DNA from: Eutreptiella sp. 'Long Island Sound 2002' | Taxonomy: Eukaryota > Protista > Euglenida | Assembly: GCA_964036045.1 (NCBI GenBank) | Contig: OZ038379.1 | Coordinates: 18,352,001 to 18,416,000, forward strand | DNA length: 64,000 nt | Direction: 5' to 3' | In this document: piece by piece, positions 47,346-59,626 of the stretch | Numbering within the stretch: position 1 is the first letter of the stretch | Layout of the letters: the number at the start of each line of letters is the position of its first letter | Made by a program: the position numbers and the translations under genes | Notes under the pieces: model-generated | The model's input: the letters and a program-made list of their open reading frames with translations, nothing else | Told to the model about the DNA's origin: nothing | The model's database searches: none

Positions 47346-50300
47346 TGGGGACCGTAAACGAGAACAACGGAAGAAAGCGGTGAAAGAACACACACACGGT
47401 CGACGCAACAAACAGGGCACTAGTCAAGGCAGCCTGAATGTACTAGATCTCGTCAGGTGCAGTGTCAAAGCAAAAGCGCGTTCAAACACAGCACTAGGCG
47501 CCGTTCTGCAGTGCAAAAGACAGGAGCAATGTGCCCAGGTTCTCCACCTAGATGACGGGTACAGCCTCTGGCAGTGGAGCGCAGCTCAGCCAGAGGCCTA
47601 CAGCAAACAGCAAACAGAGACAGCTATGATTAAGGACCCCTGGCCCGGATAATGTGGGAGAATCAGGACAATCCCTGTCCCTGCCTCTGCACTACGAATG
47701 GGGGGTATAGGTTGCACGTCTTTGTTGTACCTCAGTCCCAGGGCAGGACATCTTCTCACTGCAACTCCCCCCCCCCCCATGGCCCCGCACGAGTGATATC
47801 CACCACAAGAACACACACACACACACACACACGCACGCACGCACACACACACCTGTACACACACTCAACACCCAACACCCAACACACACCACTCAACACA
47901 CAACACTTACCACACAACACATAGAACACAGAAGCACCCCTGCGGCTTGGCAGTGCACTGACAGATGCCACCTGAGCACGAATAGGCGGGGCCAGCGCAC
48001 AGGATCAGCCCTCAGGGCTGTAGTGACCAGCTGCCCCTCCCCACTGTACTGCAGAAATGCGCGTGTGGAGATTTGAAACAACTTTCTCAAAGCAGGCAAT
48101 TCCCTTTGGCAACGGCTGGGAAGCATCCCAATGGGGGGCCCTTTCAACGCACAAAGCGCCGACTTGCACACCCTGTGGGGAGTGAAGACACAGGGAAAGA
48201 AGATGAGAGACTTGGGGAGTTTGACAATTTCGGATGAAGGGTTTCCGGTGTGGGTGCGCAGACGGCACGAGTTTTCTTTGGCGCAGTTTCGGGACAATGT
48301 TCTGATTGCATCGAGCCTCAGCCCGGGCACCCACACAACCCTGGTACAAGACATCTCCTCACTCCTCTCCCATATTTGGCAGCTTGAAGTTTTGTGCGAC
48401 TGTATCAGCGAAGAGACCCCAACCTGTAGCAGGGCATGCTTGAGCTCCGAAATCCGGGCAGTGGGGTTTACCCTGGTTATGGGAGGGGGCTCTGGCATGG
48501 CCGCGGTGCACCCCTCTTCTGTAAAACAGGATTGGTCCTTGAGGTACGGCCTCCCTGTGAAATCACCCGAAGCCTCGGAACGTACCTACCGGTCATGCAT
48601 TTTCTCCGGTGCGCTCACAACGGGGCTGCCCTGGTGTGTCACATGGGGTTCCCAGATCTTGAGTGCCTTGGCTTGGGTGCAGCTGGCCCTGCAATGCGGG
48701 TACCCCCGACACACGGCATTACGGGCGATGCACACATCGGCGCGCCGTGTATTCTCTGCCTCCCCTTGTTGTTCCGAAAATACTATGCGCGCGGTTTTTG
48801 CAGTAAGCCACCACATGCCAGCCCCGAGACACCTTGTGGTTCAAAAACTGGCCCGTTGGCTGCTTGTGCCCGTCCACATTGGCCCTTGGTTCGTTGGTTT
48901 CTCTCACAAACTGTGTGTGTGTGTGTGTGTGTGTGTTGGAGACAGGTGAATCCAAAAAGGAAGAAAGGACTTTTGTGGGTGAGAGTGGAGCGGCAGTAGC
49001 ATGGCTTACACTTGCAGCCCCACCCCCGCCCTGTCGAGCAGGAGAGGAGGGGGGGGACGGCTATATTGTGCTGCCTGTGCCCCACAAAAGTGCACTGCCC
49101 AATATGACAGCCCCAGTGTTGAGCCCTGTGTCTCTGCCGCAGGCCCGAGATTTTACCACCGCTGTCAGTGAGTCGACAACTCCGCCGCAGGTGAAGAATA
49201 GCCTGACGGTTGGCGGTGCTGCGGCTGCTGCGAACATTGCAGAGGCCCATCCGCTGGAGCGGCCCCTGCAGCCCAGTTTCCACAATTTAAGGGACCAGTT
49301 CCGGAAACGAAAAGTGCAAAAGGGACAGCCGATTCTGAGCGGTATGGTTCAGGCTGAGGGAGCGCATGCGGGCAGGACTGGTCAACGTGAGTGTGGTGAC
49401 ACACAGTGGGGATGCGTGTAAACCTGTTGCTCCGCAGAATGGGGATGCACCAACCTCCCACCCGGCCTCCTTCACCCTGCTGCACGTGTGGTTCAGGGAG
49501 TGCACGGATTTGCCTGTCAACTCCCTGTGTGCATCACCCCTAGGAACAAGAGGGTGGGTTGGAGCTGGGGTCTGGAGCGGCAGGTGCTGGGCTGGCGCCA
49601 GAAGGCTGATACGGTGCACGCGAACCGTCCCGCCCCCTAACACGACTACGTAACCCTTGCATTACTCGAGGTACAAAAGCAGGGGCTACCACCAGTGCAA
49701 CACGTTGGGCAACACCTCTTTCTGCTTTGTGACGCCTTCTCACCCCAACCCTCAGTTAGGAGAGGTCTTACTCACGTCGTCCACCCTGTGCACTGCTCTG
49801 CATGCCATCATCCTCAATGAAGGGCAGTGGTAGTGCTTGAGGTGGACGTAGTGGTGGCGCCAGCGGTATCCTACCACAGTGGTAGATTGGTGGTAGTGGT
49901 AGTGGTCATGAAGTTGGTTGGGCATGCGCATGCCAGTGTTGGCATAGGCGAAGGTGCAAGAGGCACAAGCGTGGGGTGTTTGATGGGGATAAGACCTCTC
50001 TGTGTCCAGGATGCCGGCAAGCAGGCACCCTTGGCTCAGGAAGACCTTTCTGTGTCAAGGACAGAGGCGTGTAGGCAAGGAGCCCATGCCCACAGGCACG
50101 CAACGCCCAAAGGCACACCCCCTGCCCCTATCCCTGTCCTTGCCCCTGCCCATGTCTTGTCCCCAAATGGATCCGTATTCCCCCGTTGGGCACCGGTACC
50201 TCACCCCATCCCTCGGTTGGGAGAGGCTGTATTCACGTCGTCGACCCTGTGCACTGCCTGCATGACTTCATCCTCGATGAAGAGAGGCCGAACGTGCCCA

Positions 50301-51007
50301 TGGGCATGGGCTTCCTGTCTGCACACCCTAGTCATGACAGAGAGAGATCTTACTGAGTCAAGGGTGCCGCCATGCCCGCATCCAGATCTAGAGAGAATTC
50401 ATCCCCATCAAACACCTCACACTTGTACCTCTTTGTACCTGCCATGCGGATCCTCTCTCCTTCGCTTGGCACAAGTACATGGCCCAGCCCATCCTTTTGT
50501 ATGTCATACTACCCATGCCCACGTGGACGAGCTGCACCCAGTTAGCTCTGGGCGTTGGGCCTGCACCAAGGCCCGGCGCCTTGGGCCTGCCCCCAGCGTC
50601 CTCTGGGTCCACCCTCCCATGACGCGAGGGACAGATGTGGGGGATGGCCAGGAGGTGGGCTGGGACTTGCTGTGATTCTCCCTACTATCACCCATTACCA
50701 CCTACATGAGTGATGCAATTACTCGGTCATTGTGTTAAGACGGGCGCTAGGGGTCCGGGCAGAGGGGGGGGCAAGCGCTATTCTTGAGCAAACAGCGGAC
50801 TGGGCAGTGTGTCTGAGGGAATTTGTTCTGTAGTATTGCTGTATCGGCCCATGCGCTTGCGCATCTACGCACTCTTTGCACTGCGCAGTGGCCCGGATGC
50901 TGAAGGAGAGATCCCGCTTTTCCAATCACCCGATGATCGATACTCAATGGACTCCGGACCCAAATGAACCATTGAAAATCCGGCTGGGGCAACGCCTGGT
51001 GTTTGAG
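44183..51007 (+). CDS. Three candidate exons of a low-complexity region upstream of the bestrophin domain (44183-44378, 49143-49341, 50889-51007)
   Basis: Phases are compatible: ..TPSRAHQ|ARDFTT..GQPILS(G|TG)ARMLKERSRF..QRLVFE|. The donor at 44379 is GC (CAG|gcatgt); the others are GT with pyrimidine-rich AG acceptors. Confidence 0.55.
45790..46090 (+). mobile_element. (CA)n-associated element, diverged copy
   Basis: Follows a CA-rich tract. aaactccttcggagctgcaaggcagccctagac matches 47073-47105 (KLL.SCKAALD). Confidence 0.5.
46247..46322 (+). repeat. 19-bp perfect tandem repeat x4 (GCAAACAGGTGTCTAGGAC)
   Basis: Read directly from the sequence. Confidence 0.95.
47020..47262 (+). mobile_element. 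(CA)n-embedded short element
   Basis: Sits between CA tracts at about 47002-47020 and 47263-47343. An inverted homolog at about 59452-59626 is flanked by (TG)n. Confidence 0.7.
47263..47343 (+). repeat. (CA)n microsatellite, about 40 units
   Basis: Read directly from the sequence. Confidence 0.98.
48077..48949 (+). mobile_element. Penelope-like reverse transcriptase fragment (290 open codons, 5'-truncated)
   Basis: NNFLKAGNSLWQRLGSIPMGGPFNAQSADL (motif B), FSLAQFRDNVLI at the YxDD position (48287-48298) and ALQCGYP (PLE-type NGYP thumb motif). The frame runs into (TG)n at 48913-48936. No GIY-YIG endonuclease is visible. Confidence 0.75.
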
Positions 51008-51751
51008 GTATTACTGATCCACGCAATTCACTACCGCCACTGCAGCGGTACGGGCCACTGTTGCCATCCCCTCCAACCCCCCCCCCCCCCCAGCACAAAA
51101 ATTGGTGCTCGATGCGCCCGATTTTTTGGATTTTCGTGCCAAGTCGATGAAGCAGTGTTCACAGTGTCAGCGTGTATTTGTTCCTGTATGGACAGGCGCT
51201 GTTTGGTTTCATGGATGCCTTCCGTGTTTGTGGTTTCAAAGGGTCTCACCCGCAGTCAGTCCAGACCTTGTATTTTCTGTTGTACAACACTATCCTCAAC
51301 TGCCGAGAGATGCATAAATTCTGTTCGCTTTGGAAACCCGACGCGCAGCCCACGCATTCTACTGCCCCCTTCCCCTTGTAGCCCATCCTGAAACGGTCCA
51401 GGAAGAACCCCCCGAGTCGTTGAAAATTTCACCTGGGAGGGGAGGGGGGGGGGGGCGGGGTGCTTGCCAGGGAAGGACACGGGCAACGGAGTGCGACTAG
51501 CGACAGTCAGTTTCAGCATGGATGAGGGATTTTCTATTCTTGCAGAAAGATTCGAGTCCCGACGTGGTCCATTCTAGTGACCATCGGGTGGCCTCCAGCC
51601 ACCGATGTGCAGCTTCCAACTCTGCAAACCCGGATTGGTTAGATGCGTGTTGCTGGCCTTGTGCGCCGACGTACTGCCCCCAGATGGCGCTGGTCGTTGT
51701 TCCCGCCTCCTTCCCTGCATCCGACGAGGTCATGTGGTTCAGCTGTCATAG

Positions 51752-51901
51752 CACACTACACGTACCATGAAGTACCAACTTCGAGTCCCAGAAATGGCTC
51801 AAGCAGTAACGCGAAGCCGTCGGACGCGCCAGGGTGTATTTGGTGACCCTGCGAGCCGGAAGGGACTAGTGAAGGACGGCTGGTGCCCGGAGATCGCCGG
51901 G
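51752..51901 (+). CDS. Probable exon immediately upstream of the bestrophin core (possible ATG at 51767)
   Basis: This is the only frame open to GGG|gtattc at 51901/51902, and a 70-nt GT-AG intron joins it in phase 0 to 51972. The 5' boundary is uncertain. Confidence 0.45.
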
Positions 51902-51971
51902 GTATTCCACCTCTGCCTCTGCCTCTTGGTCCCCTGCCCGACGCGTATTGCACGCACGCCCGTGTCTGCAG

Positions 51972-52237
51972 ATTACGCGCCTCCTCTTCTACCTCACTAT
52001 CGTTCCGAAGTATTTCTTGCGATTCAGAGACTGGCCGCTGTTCGCCATCCCGTTGGTCGCCGTCCACTTCTGTTACTCAGCTGGGTTGGCAGCCAATTTC
52101 GCCCCCTCTCTTTTTATATCCCTCGTGGTCTTTCCCCTGTCCTTCTCCTTGAACGCGGCATACCAACGTCGCGAGCAGGCGCTGCAGATCCTGGCGCAGT
52201 TCAAGGGCTGCGCTATGGCCCTGTACCTGTGTCACAA
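51972..52237 (+). CDS. Bestrophin/UPF0187-like anion channel, core exon A
   Basis: TM segments plus VVFPLSFSLNAAYQRREQAL. Acceptor gtctgcag; phase-2 donor CACAA|gtatca. Confidence 0.85.
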
Positions 52238-53888
52238 GTATCAGCCCCTACACTTGTACAGGGCCCTTGCCCAGGGATGGCCCTAAGGTGTAAGTTGCCT
52301 GAGGTCGAAGGTCCCCCCCCCCTTTGCGGGAGCGTTTGTCCATCCCGCTGTGACCGCTCCCGGCTGCCCCAAGTGTTCCCCACCCTTTTTGCAACCGCCA
52401 GGAATTTGCCCCCCCCCCCAACCGCTTTTTCCGAGTAACCGCTTTGTATTAGGCCTTGAGACCCACCAGCCTCCCTCACATTGAAGCACAGACCTGCGTC
52501 CAATCTGTTGCCGCCGCCTCTGGAACTCCCGGCCAAGGGGGATCCATGAAGACCACGACCCGAAGGCTCCGAAAAAAACTCTCCACTCCCCAACAACAAC
52601 ATCTAAATATCAGCGCGACGGACTGGCCAGTTCGAAATAGCTATTTTGGGGGTTTCTGAATCCCCCCGGCCCCCCCCCAAAGCCCCCCCCCCCCCCTCCC
52701 ACTCATTTCTCATGCCCCGTGTCTCTGCATTTTGCCTTTGATGGCATTACCCCCCCACCCCCCAACCCCCTTCCATCCGTGATCCCTAACCTCATGGCCC
52801 CCTGTTGCAACGTCCCACATCAGATGTGGTGGAGAGAATCCTCCGAATTCCACGGTCTAGGGTTTTTGGGGGGGGGGGGGGATGACTGGATATGAAGCCT
52901 GTCGGCGCTGGCAGGGGAGTGGACGCCGCGAGGGCAGTAGCTGCAATCGTCAGCGGCGGGACAGGCACCCCCCCCCCCCCTCCTCCCTATATGCACACTG
53001 CCCCACAACCACACCCAGTCTGGAGGCCCGCCTCCACAGAACACAAAGTACGTGTGTCAGACCAAAAGCACCCATGGACCGTGGACAAGCGTTCCACTCT
53101 CACCCCCAAGAGCCACAAGGACTCCCCCCGCCCCATTCCACGAACCCCTGGCCCTGCGTTGCGGTTCCCACAGCAGCAGCAGCAGCAGTGGTGGTGGTGG
53201 TCATGCTCCCATTTTCACGGTCTCGGGACAGGCGCTGGTGGTGGAGTGCACGTCACAGGGGCAGAAGCAGCGCCTGTGAGCAGAGGGACAAGTGTCCCAC
53301 TTTCGTCTGAAACGCTTTCGGCCACCGTCTGTGGACAGACCATTTGGATGATTATCTCCTGAAACCCCGAGCCAGTACATCCGAAGGCACCAACCGACAT
53401 ACGCCTGGGCCTGACGGGCAAAGCCCCCCATCCCCCCCCGCCCCCCCCCTCCCTCGTCCCCGAAAATGGCCTCGATTGACAAAAGCACGTCATGCAAAGA
53501 CATGGCACCACATGTACTGCACTGTAACCCTCTCGCCTTAACGGAAGCCCCCCCCCACACACCCGCCTGACATTACAGGTGTTGGGGTGCAACTGGTACA
53601 CCTCAGGGCCCCCCGCATTGCACAGCCGCACCCCGTTACAGTTCACCTGTGACACACCCGATCACACGTCTTGGCCGGAGACTGTGTGTGTTCATCTGCA
53701 CGTGTTCGGCTGCGAGCATGACCATGTGGTCTGGCAGACCTGCTGCCGTGGCGGGTAACCCAGTTGCCCTTTCAGCGTGCCTTAAGTGCTCCACAGTGCG
53801 GCCCATGGGTTCTACATGTTGGGGAAGTCGGGTTTTCAACTGGGGTGGGGGGGCCCATCAGGTGGGGGGTGTCTCCTGCAGCCCAGAT

Positions 53889-54330
53889 GGGCTGTTTGCG
53901 CAACAGGAGCGGGAGATCAGGGGCAGACCAACCGTGAGGGGAAAAAGGACATATGATGGACGGCCCGGACAGCGCGTGGAGGAACAGGGCACCTGGGCCG
54001 CACAGAGACACAGCGAGGCAGGCTATGGACGGCCTGTGGACAGAGGTGTGTGGACAGCAAAAACAGTCAAACGACCCCGGCAACAACCAGCACATCCTCA
54101 ATACGCCAATTATTGGGCGCCGCTGACGCGCAAACGGCACACCATGCCACATTCAGCACAGTCCCAACATGCCAACTACTGGGCTCCGCGAATGCGGAAA
54201 CACCAGCAAGAGCACCGGCCGCAGCGGCCGATAGAAAGCAGCAACCCGACGCAACATACGAAGGGAAGAACGGGTGACCGTCCAGGGCCCCGTAAAGGAG
54301 CAACAACCAGATGGAATGTCACACAGGGGG
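53889..54330 (+). mobile_element. About 450-bp dispersed repeat, copy 2
   Basis: Direct homolog of 17808-18262; abuts the MITE at 54345. Confidence 0.85.
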
Positions 54331-54344
54331 GGGGGGGGGGGCAA

Positions 54345-54670
54345 AACTGCATGGGGGGGGGTTTTCGGGAAAAGGGCTCAATTGACAGGTCCATTAATTA
54401 GTTCTTATGAACTCTGGCGCCGAAGGCGCCGGCAATTTTTTTGAGCATTGAAAATGGTCAAAAAAAACTTCACCAAATACATGACAAAGGACGCCTTTCC
54501 TCAACCCCCGCAGCCCGCTGATTCCAAAAATTCCGGTTCACCTCCGGGGCCCGGGGGTCAGTCTCGGTAGAATTTTGGGGCGGCTGTCAATTGCGCCCTT
54601 TTGGGGGGAGGTCTAGCGAGAGGGCTATATCGACCCCTGCCCCTCTTCCCCAGTTGAAAGCCGGCCCACC
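54345..54670. mobile_element. Inverted copy of the 21361-21678 MITE
   Basis: gggaaaagggctcaattgacagg and cagttgaaagccggcccacc are reverse complements of sequences at about 21590-21615 and about 21361-21380. Confidence 0.75.
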
Positions 54671-55095
54671 GCAGTGCAAAGGTGTGCATTGTACCAGCAG
54701 GACCCGGAATGCAGGGATTCTCGTGGGTGTGTGCTGGTGGATGACCGAACCCAAGTTGGGATTCGGGCACCTCCACCACCTCCGAAACCTGCCAGGCACG
54801 CACACACGCACACAGCACAGCGTGAGCACGACAGGCGCAGGCGCAGGGGTAAATGACGCGGGGCGGAGAGACTGAATCGTTGCGCATCAATCCTGCAGGG
54901 CAATTTCTGTGCTATTGGGTGTTGCGCCGTGCTTCCTGCGGTCACTACTGCCGATTGCATTTCCCCCTCCTCGGCAAAGCCTCCTTCTCTCAGTCCGGCA
55001 AGTCAATGCCCCCCACCCCCGCACTTTTCACTGTGCCATCCCGTCCCGGCCCTTGCCCCTCCCGCCCCCCCGCCCATCTCCACCCGTCGCTGCAG

Positions 55096-55200
55096 GAGCT
55101 GGGCCCCCGGCCAGGGCAGTCAGCTGGAGGTCACTTATGTGGAGGAGTCTGCACGGATGATCACCATGATCTTCCGCTGCTGTCGCATGTATCTGACCAG
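55096..55200 (+). CDS. Bestrophin-like channel, exon B
   Basis: cag|G AGC TGG completes K-S-W in phase 2. Reads SWAPGQGSQLEVTYVEESARMITMIFRCCRMYLT. Donor AG|gtgtga. Confidence 0.8.
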
Positions 55201-56699
55201 GTGTGACCCGCTGCGGTGCCGGTGCGTGCCAGCCCTGACCAGAACCAACCTGCATTCGTGCCACGGAGGACCCTGGGCAGTACAATTCCGCAGCACAGGG
55301 GCCCTCCGGAAGCTCCGCCAGCGCTGTTCTTGAGGAACCAGATGTGACTTCTTCGGCAGCCCTCGGGGGAGGTGGTTGACGGACACCCGGCGGCGATTGG
55401 GGGCCCGATGGCCACTGCGACACTTTTTTTTCGGTGTGACACAACGGCACAATATTGTCCCCCTGTTTGAGGACAGCCCTGAGTTCAGGGAGTGGGATTG
55501 GCCTGGGCCTTTAACGTGCTTGGCTGTGTTCTGCTAAGGCCCTCCTCCGGGCTGTGTGTGGCCATCTGGAACTGTGTATGTGAGGCCACTCGTGTGCGTG
55601 GGCCCGCCTTGCGAGGCGGGGGCGGCAGTGGGTGATCTTGGCAAAACTGCCTTTGTTCGACTGAACCTCTCCCCCAGCACCCCTTCAACCCCCCCCCCCC
55701 CCGCCCCCAAACAGGGGCCCAATGGTTGTGCGACATTGCAGTGATTGAACTGAGTGAGTGTGGCATGAGGTCAGAATCATGCTGGTTATTTCAAAACCTG
55801 ACGTCTTGACGCCTTGACCCACAAGGGCCCAAGAGGTTGGGGGATTGTGGGTGTGTGGTCTGAGTGTGTGCCCCCGTCGTGAACCAAAATCCGCAGCGTG
55901 TTTGTGGCAGAGCGGTTTTGGGGTGAAATGAAACCCGTGGCGTGTTCGGGCTGAATCCCAAACCCCAGATGCCCCGCAGGATCCCTCGGCCCTGCTGACA
56001 CAGTTGTGGGCCACCGGTAAGAAGTACCGTAGAAAGCGTCAAATCTTGTGACGGTAGCTTATTTTGGAGTTCTAATGCTATAACCACTAGGTCATTGAGC
56101 TTCGTTCCCATACCCTAATCAAGGACTATGTACGGGCCGGATGGTGAACTTTTTTTTTAAATCATGGAATGTGGGTTTCCATGTGACTCTAACTGTGCAA
56201 CCACCAAAAGAAAGGTGTGTTTGGGGATGGGGACAGAGATCTAGGTTAGTGGGAAGCAGAAAAGCAAGCATGGCAGTGGCCTCAAGAACACTGCGCAAAA
56301 TTGTCACTTTAACAAAATTAATTGCAAAAATTTTGATAAATATTTGCCGGGCTCGGTGTACTTCTGGTCGCAAAACACTAATTCCTAAGAAAAAATTGCA
56401 AAAAAAAAACTTTCTTGACCTTCTATCCTGTCACGCAAAAAAGTTTTGACAAAATATTAATTCTTTTTTCACAAGCAAAAATTCAGTGTTTGCAGAATTT
56501 CACAGTTTGGTCGGTACATGGCCACAAGAGATAAAAAGGGGCAAACCCCAGATTGAGCCGTTGGTAAAGAAGTCTTGTGCGCGCACGTGCAATGGGGGTA
56601 CTCTGTGGGAAATCGGGGGGCGGGGTGCGTTACGGTAACACGCACCAACACACACAACATGCGCAAGTGAGCTGACAGCAGCAAGCGGTGCTGGTCCAC

Positions 56700-57314
56700 A
56701 ACCCGGGGGGCGCGACTCCGCGCCTCCTAGGACGCCAACTACCCCCCCCCCCCCCCTAGGGGCCTCCGGCCAACAGTTAGTTGCCAAAGGTGTCGCCCTC
56801 AGGCGTCCATGCCCGATGCTCCATGAGCACCCAAGGTGCCCTAAGGAAAATTTTGTCCACTTTGCACCCCAACACTATCCTTAAACCCAACCTTGACTCT
56901 AACGCCCACCCCAAACCCTCAGCCTACTCCTAACCCTACACCTAACCCTAACCCTAACCGTAGCCCTAACCCTAGCCCTAGCTCTCACCCTAGGCTAGGG
57001 TCGGAGTGAGTGTTGGGGCAGCCATGAACGAAATTTGGGGGATCCTGTTCAGCCCAATCGATATGGCTAGCATGGCCAAACTAGCTGGCTGCAAAGGTTA
57101 GGGTTAGGTTTATGGTGATGGTATGGTTAGAGGGAGGGCAAGGGGAGGTAAGGGGAGCCTGCGCCCCCCCTCACCCCCCCCAACACCCCAAATCGCCCCT
57201 CCCTGAACCCCCTCTCCAATGCCCCCCGCCCCCCCAAGGGGCCTCCGGCCAACAATTAGTTGGGGGGGTAGTTGGCGTCTAGAACCAAGGGGTCGCCCCC
57301 CCCCCCCCCATCGC
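56700..57314. mobile_element. Palindromic MITE-like element carrying inverted interstitial telomere-like tracts
   Basis: GACGCCAACTA(C)n at 56731 is inverted to (G)nTAGTTGGCGTC at about 57262-57279. (CCCTAA)n-like tract at 56929-56990 and TTAGGG-like tract at 57096-57130. GGTCCAC flanks both ends (56693 and 57315). Confidence 0.65.
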
Positions 57315-58165
57315 GGTCCACGACTTGAGGTGCCCGCCAACTGGTCCCGCACGCCCGCCGATTGGTCCCCCGGGCCCACCAACCTCCTGCTGTGCCCAGC
57401 AAGTGGTTCTGGTGGGCTGCGGCTTAGTGTGGCATCAGATATGCAACCGACCCCTGGGCCAAACTAGCACGCCGCTGATGCCACTGGTTCGTACTGAATT
57501 AGCAAAGAGACGGCAATGCAAGATGGCCCCTGAGCCACGATGTGGCCTGCGACCCCTAGGGGCGGGCTGGGACCCGCATACCGCCGAAAGTTAAGGAATT
57601 ATTCGGGACCATGGCACCAAAATCTGGAAGCAAGGGTGTATCCTGAGGCGACGTCGTGGCACTGCTGTGGACATGGATGAACGGAGGATGAGCAGTGGGC
57701 CACTATCCCAGACTGCAACTCAGGGCTTCCACCCACAACCACCACCACTGCAGCAGCTGCCGCCGCTGCCACCACCACCACACCCCCAGCCCAAGGGCAA
57801 TGGTGTCAGCCGCCCATGTGACACATGGTGCGGTGCTGACAGCAAATTTCTGAACCCTGGTGCATTGTGTGAGGCCACAGAAGCTACAGGTACAAGGTTC
57901 AGGCAAGAGCCATTTAACCAGTCCCCGGGCAGCCAGTTGGAGTATAACATGATTTGCCCCAATTCTACCTACAACTCCCCCCCTCCCTCCCTCCCTCCCT
58001 CCCTCACCCCCGCCCTCATCCACCCACTCACTCACTCACTCGCTTTCTTCCTCGCTCCCTCCATCACTCCCTCAATCCTTCACTCCTTCCCTCCCTCACT
58101 TCTTCATTCACTCGCTCACTCCCCCCTTTGCTCCCTCCACCCTCACCACCCTGTTATCTCCAAAG

Positions 58166-58401
58166 CACCTGCGAAAACGAAAAAGAGATCAACCTCTGCC
58201 GCGTGTACAATACTTTCAATGACATTTCGCTGCACACGGACTTCTTCCGCTTGTCGGGTTTCCCTCCACCCATGACCACACGCCCCATCCACGACATCCG
58301 CGAAATGATCGTCTCCTTTGAAAAGCTCCGCATCTTCAGCGATTATCGTACGCCGTGTACTATGCGCTCGCTGGTGAAGATCGCCATCAATTTGGTCACA
58401 G
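58166..58401 (+). CDS. Bestrophin-like channel, exon C
   Basis: AG|C restores Ser in phase 2. Reads STCENEKEINLCRVY..EKLRIFSDYRTPCTMRSLVKIAINLVT. Phase-1 donor G|gtacgg. Confidence 0.85.
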
Positions 58402-59414
58402 GTACGGCCCCTTCCAGATGGGCGGTCACCAACCTCAAGCCGCGGCGGGCAGTACCCGCGCAAGTGTTCCTCCGCCTCAAAGCTGTTGCACCGTCCTGAC
58501 AGCGCAATACCGCATTGGCAGAGTAGATCCCGAGAATCAAATGGCTGACTGTCCGGGACCACGTTCCCCGCAGTGACAGTGACAGTGACAGTGATATCGC
58601 CTCTGGCGATTGTCGTGTCAAGGGACTCAGTCATTCAGAAGACGTGACAGCAACGTGACAGTGACAGGAGCAGCGACAGTGAGAAGGACGCTGACAGTGA
58701 CAGGGACAGGGACAATGACAATACAATGGACAGAATATCACACAACAGGGGAGGGGAGGGCAGTATGGGTGGTGGGAATGGGGCGGGGACGAGGGGTCCT
58801 TCGGAGGCGTTTGCCACCGTCGATCTCTGTGTGCCGTGCTACACGGTACCCGGAAGTATTTTGAGGTCAAAACGGCCGAAAGTTGGTCAAGTGATGCTGC
58901 TGTCAGTGATGCCTTCCCCAGGACTCGTGGGGTATACCTCATGCGTATGGGGCCCGAAAGGAGTGGGTTATAGAGGTGGTTTAGGCGAGGACTGCCTTTT
59001 GGGGCGGTATGTTGTATTGGGACCGGGAGGATGAGATGTTTCTCATTGTGTGCGCTGAAAAGGTATGCGAGTGTTGCAAACGGATTGCCTTGCTGGCGCT
59101 TGCCTCAGGTAGCTGAGCCTGCGTTGCACGCCCTCCTGTACAACTCAGGGTCTCAGCCAGTCTATTGCTGAGTGGCGTGGGGTGGGGGCTCAGGGGCCAA
59201 AAAAAAAGTTTGCACACCTGTACTCGGCCTCAAATTTCCGGCCTCTTTAATCGCGCTTTTTCCCCCAAGGAAACTTTTTTCTAATGTGGTGGGTGGGTCG
59301 GCTGGGGCTGGCCAGGCCCCCAAGGAACCCCCCAGCCCCGGTTGCTAAGCAACAGCTTGGTTTCCGCCTGTTTCAGGGATTGAGGCACAGTGAACGAGAA
59401 TCCCGGATGGCACA

Positions 59415-59451
<37 letters not shown>

Positions 59452-59453
<2 letters not shown>

Positions 59454-59626
59454 ACACATGAACTCCCCCATGGAACTAGTGAGGTCGGTCATGGGGTGCA
59501 GGGGCCCGCGATGCATGCGCCGTGCACTCTTTGTCAGACCGAAAGACATCTCGGGCTGCTCTGCAGCTCCTGAGGAGTTTCTCCCACTGCTTTTCTTGCT
59601 CTGTTCTTGTTTTTGTGGTTCCCAAT
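59452..59626 (-). mobile_element. (CA)n-embedded short element, inverted copy
   Basis: Reverse complement matches 47020-47190 (EKLL.SC.AA.DVFRS.KECTAHAS). (TG)n tracts lie on both sides (59420-59450 and 59627-59690). Confidence 0.75.

Noticed and set aside
51768-51875. Stop-codon reassignment in the coding-looking frame TNFESQKWLKQ*REAVG
   Set aside because: That frame contains TGA, TAA and TAG, an alternative open frame splices correctly, and TAG terminates the pyruvyl transferase normally.
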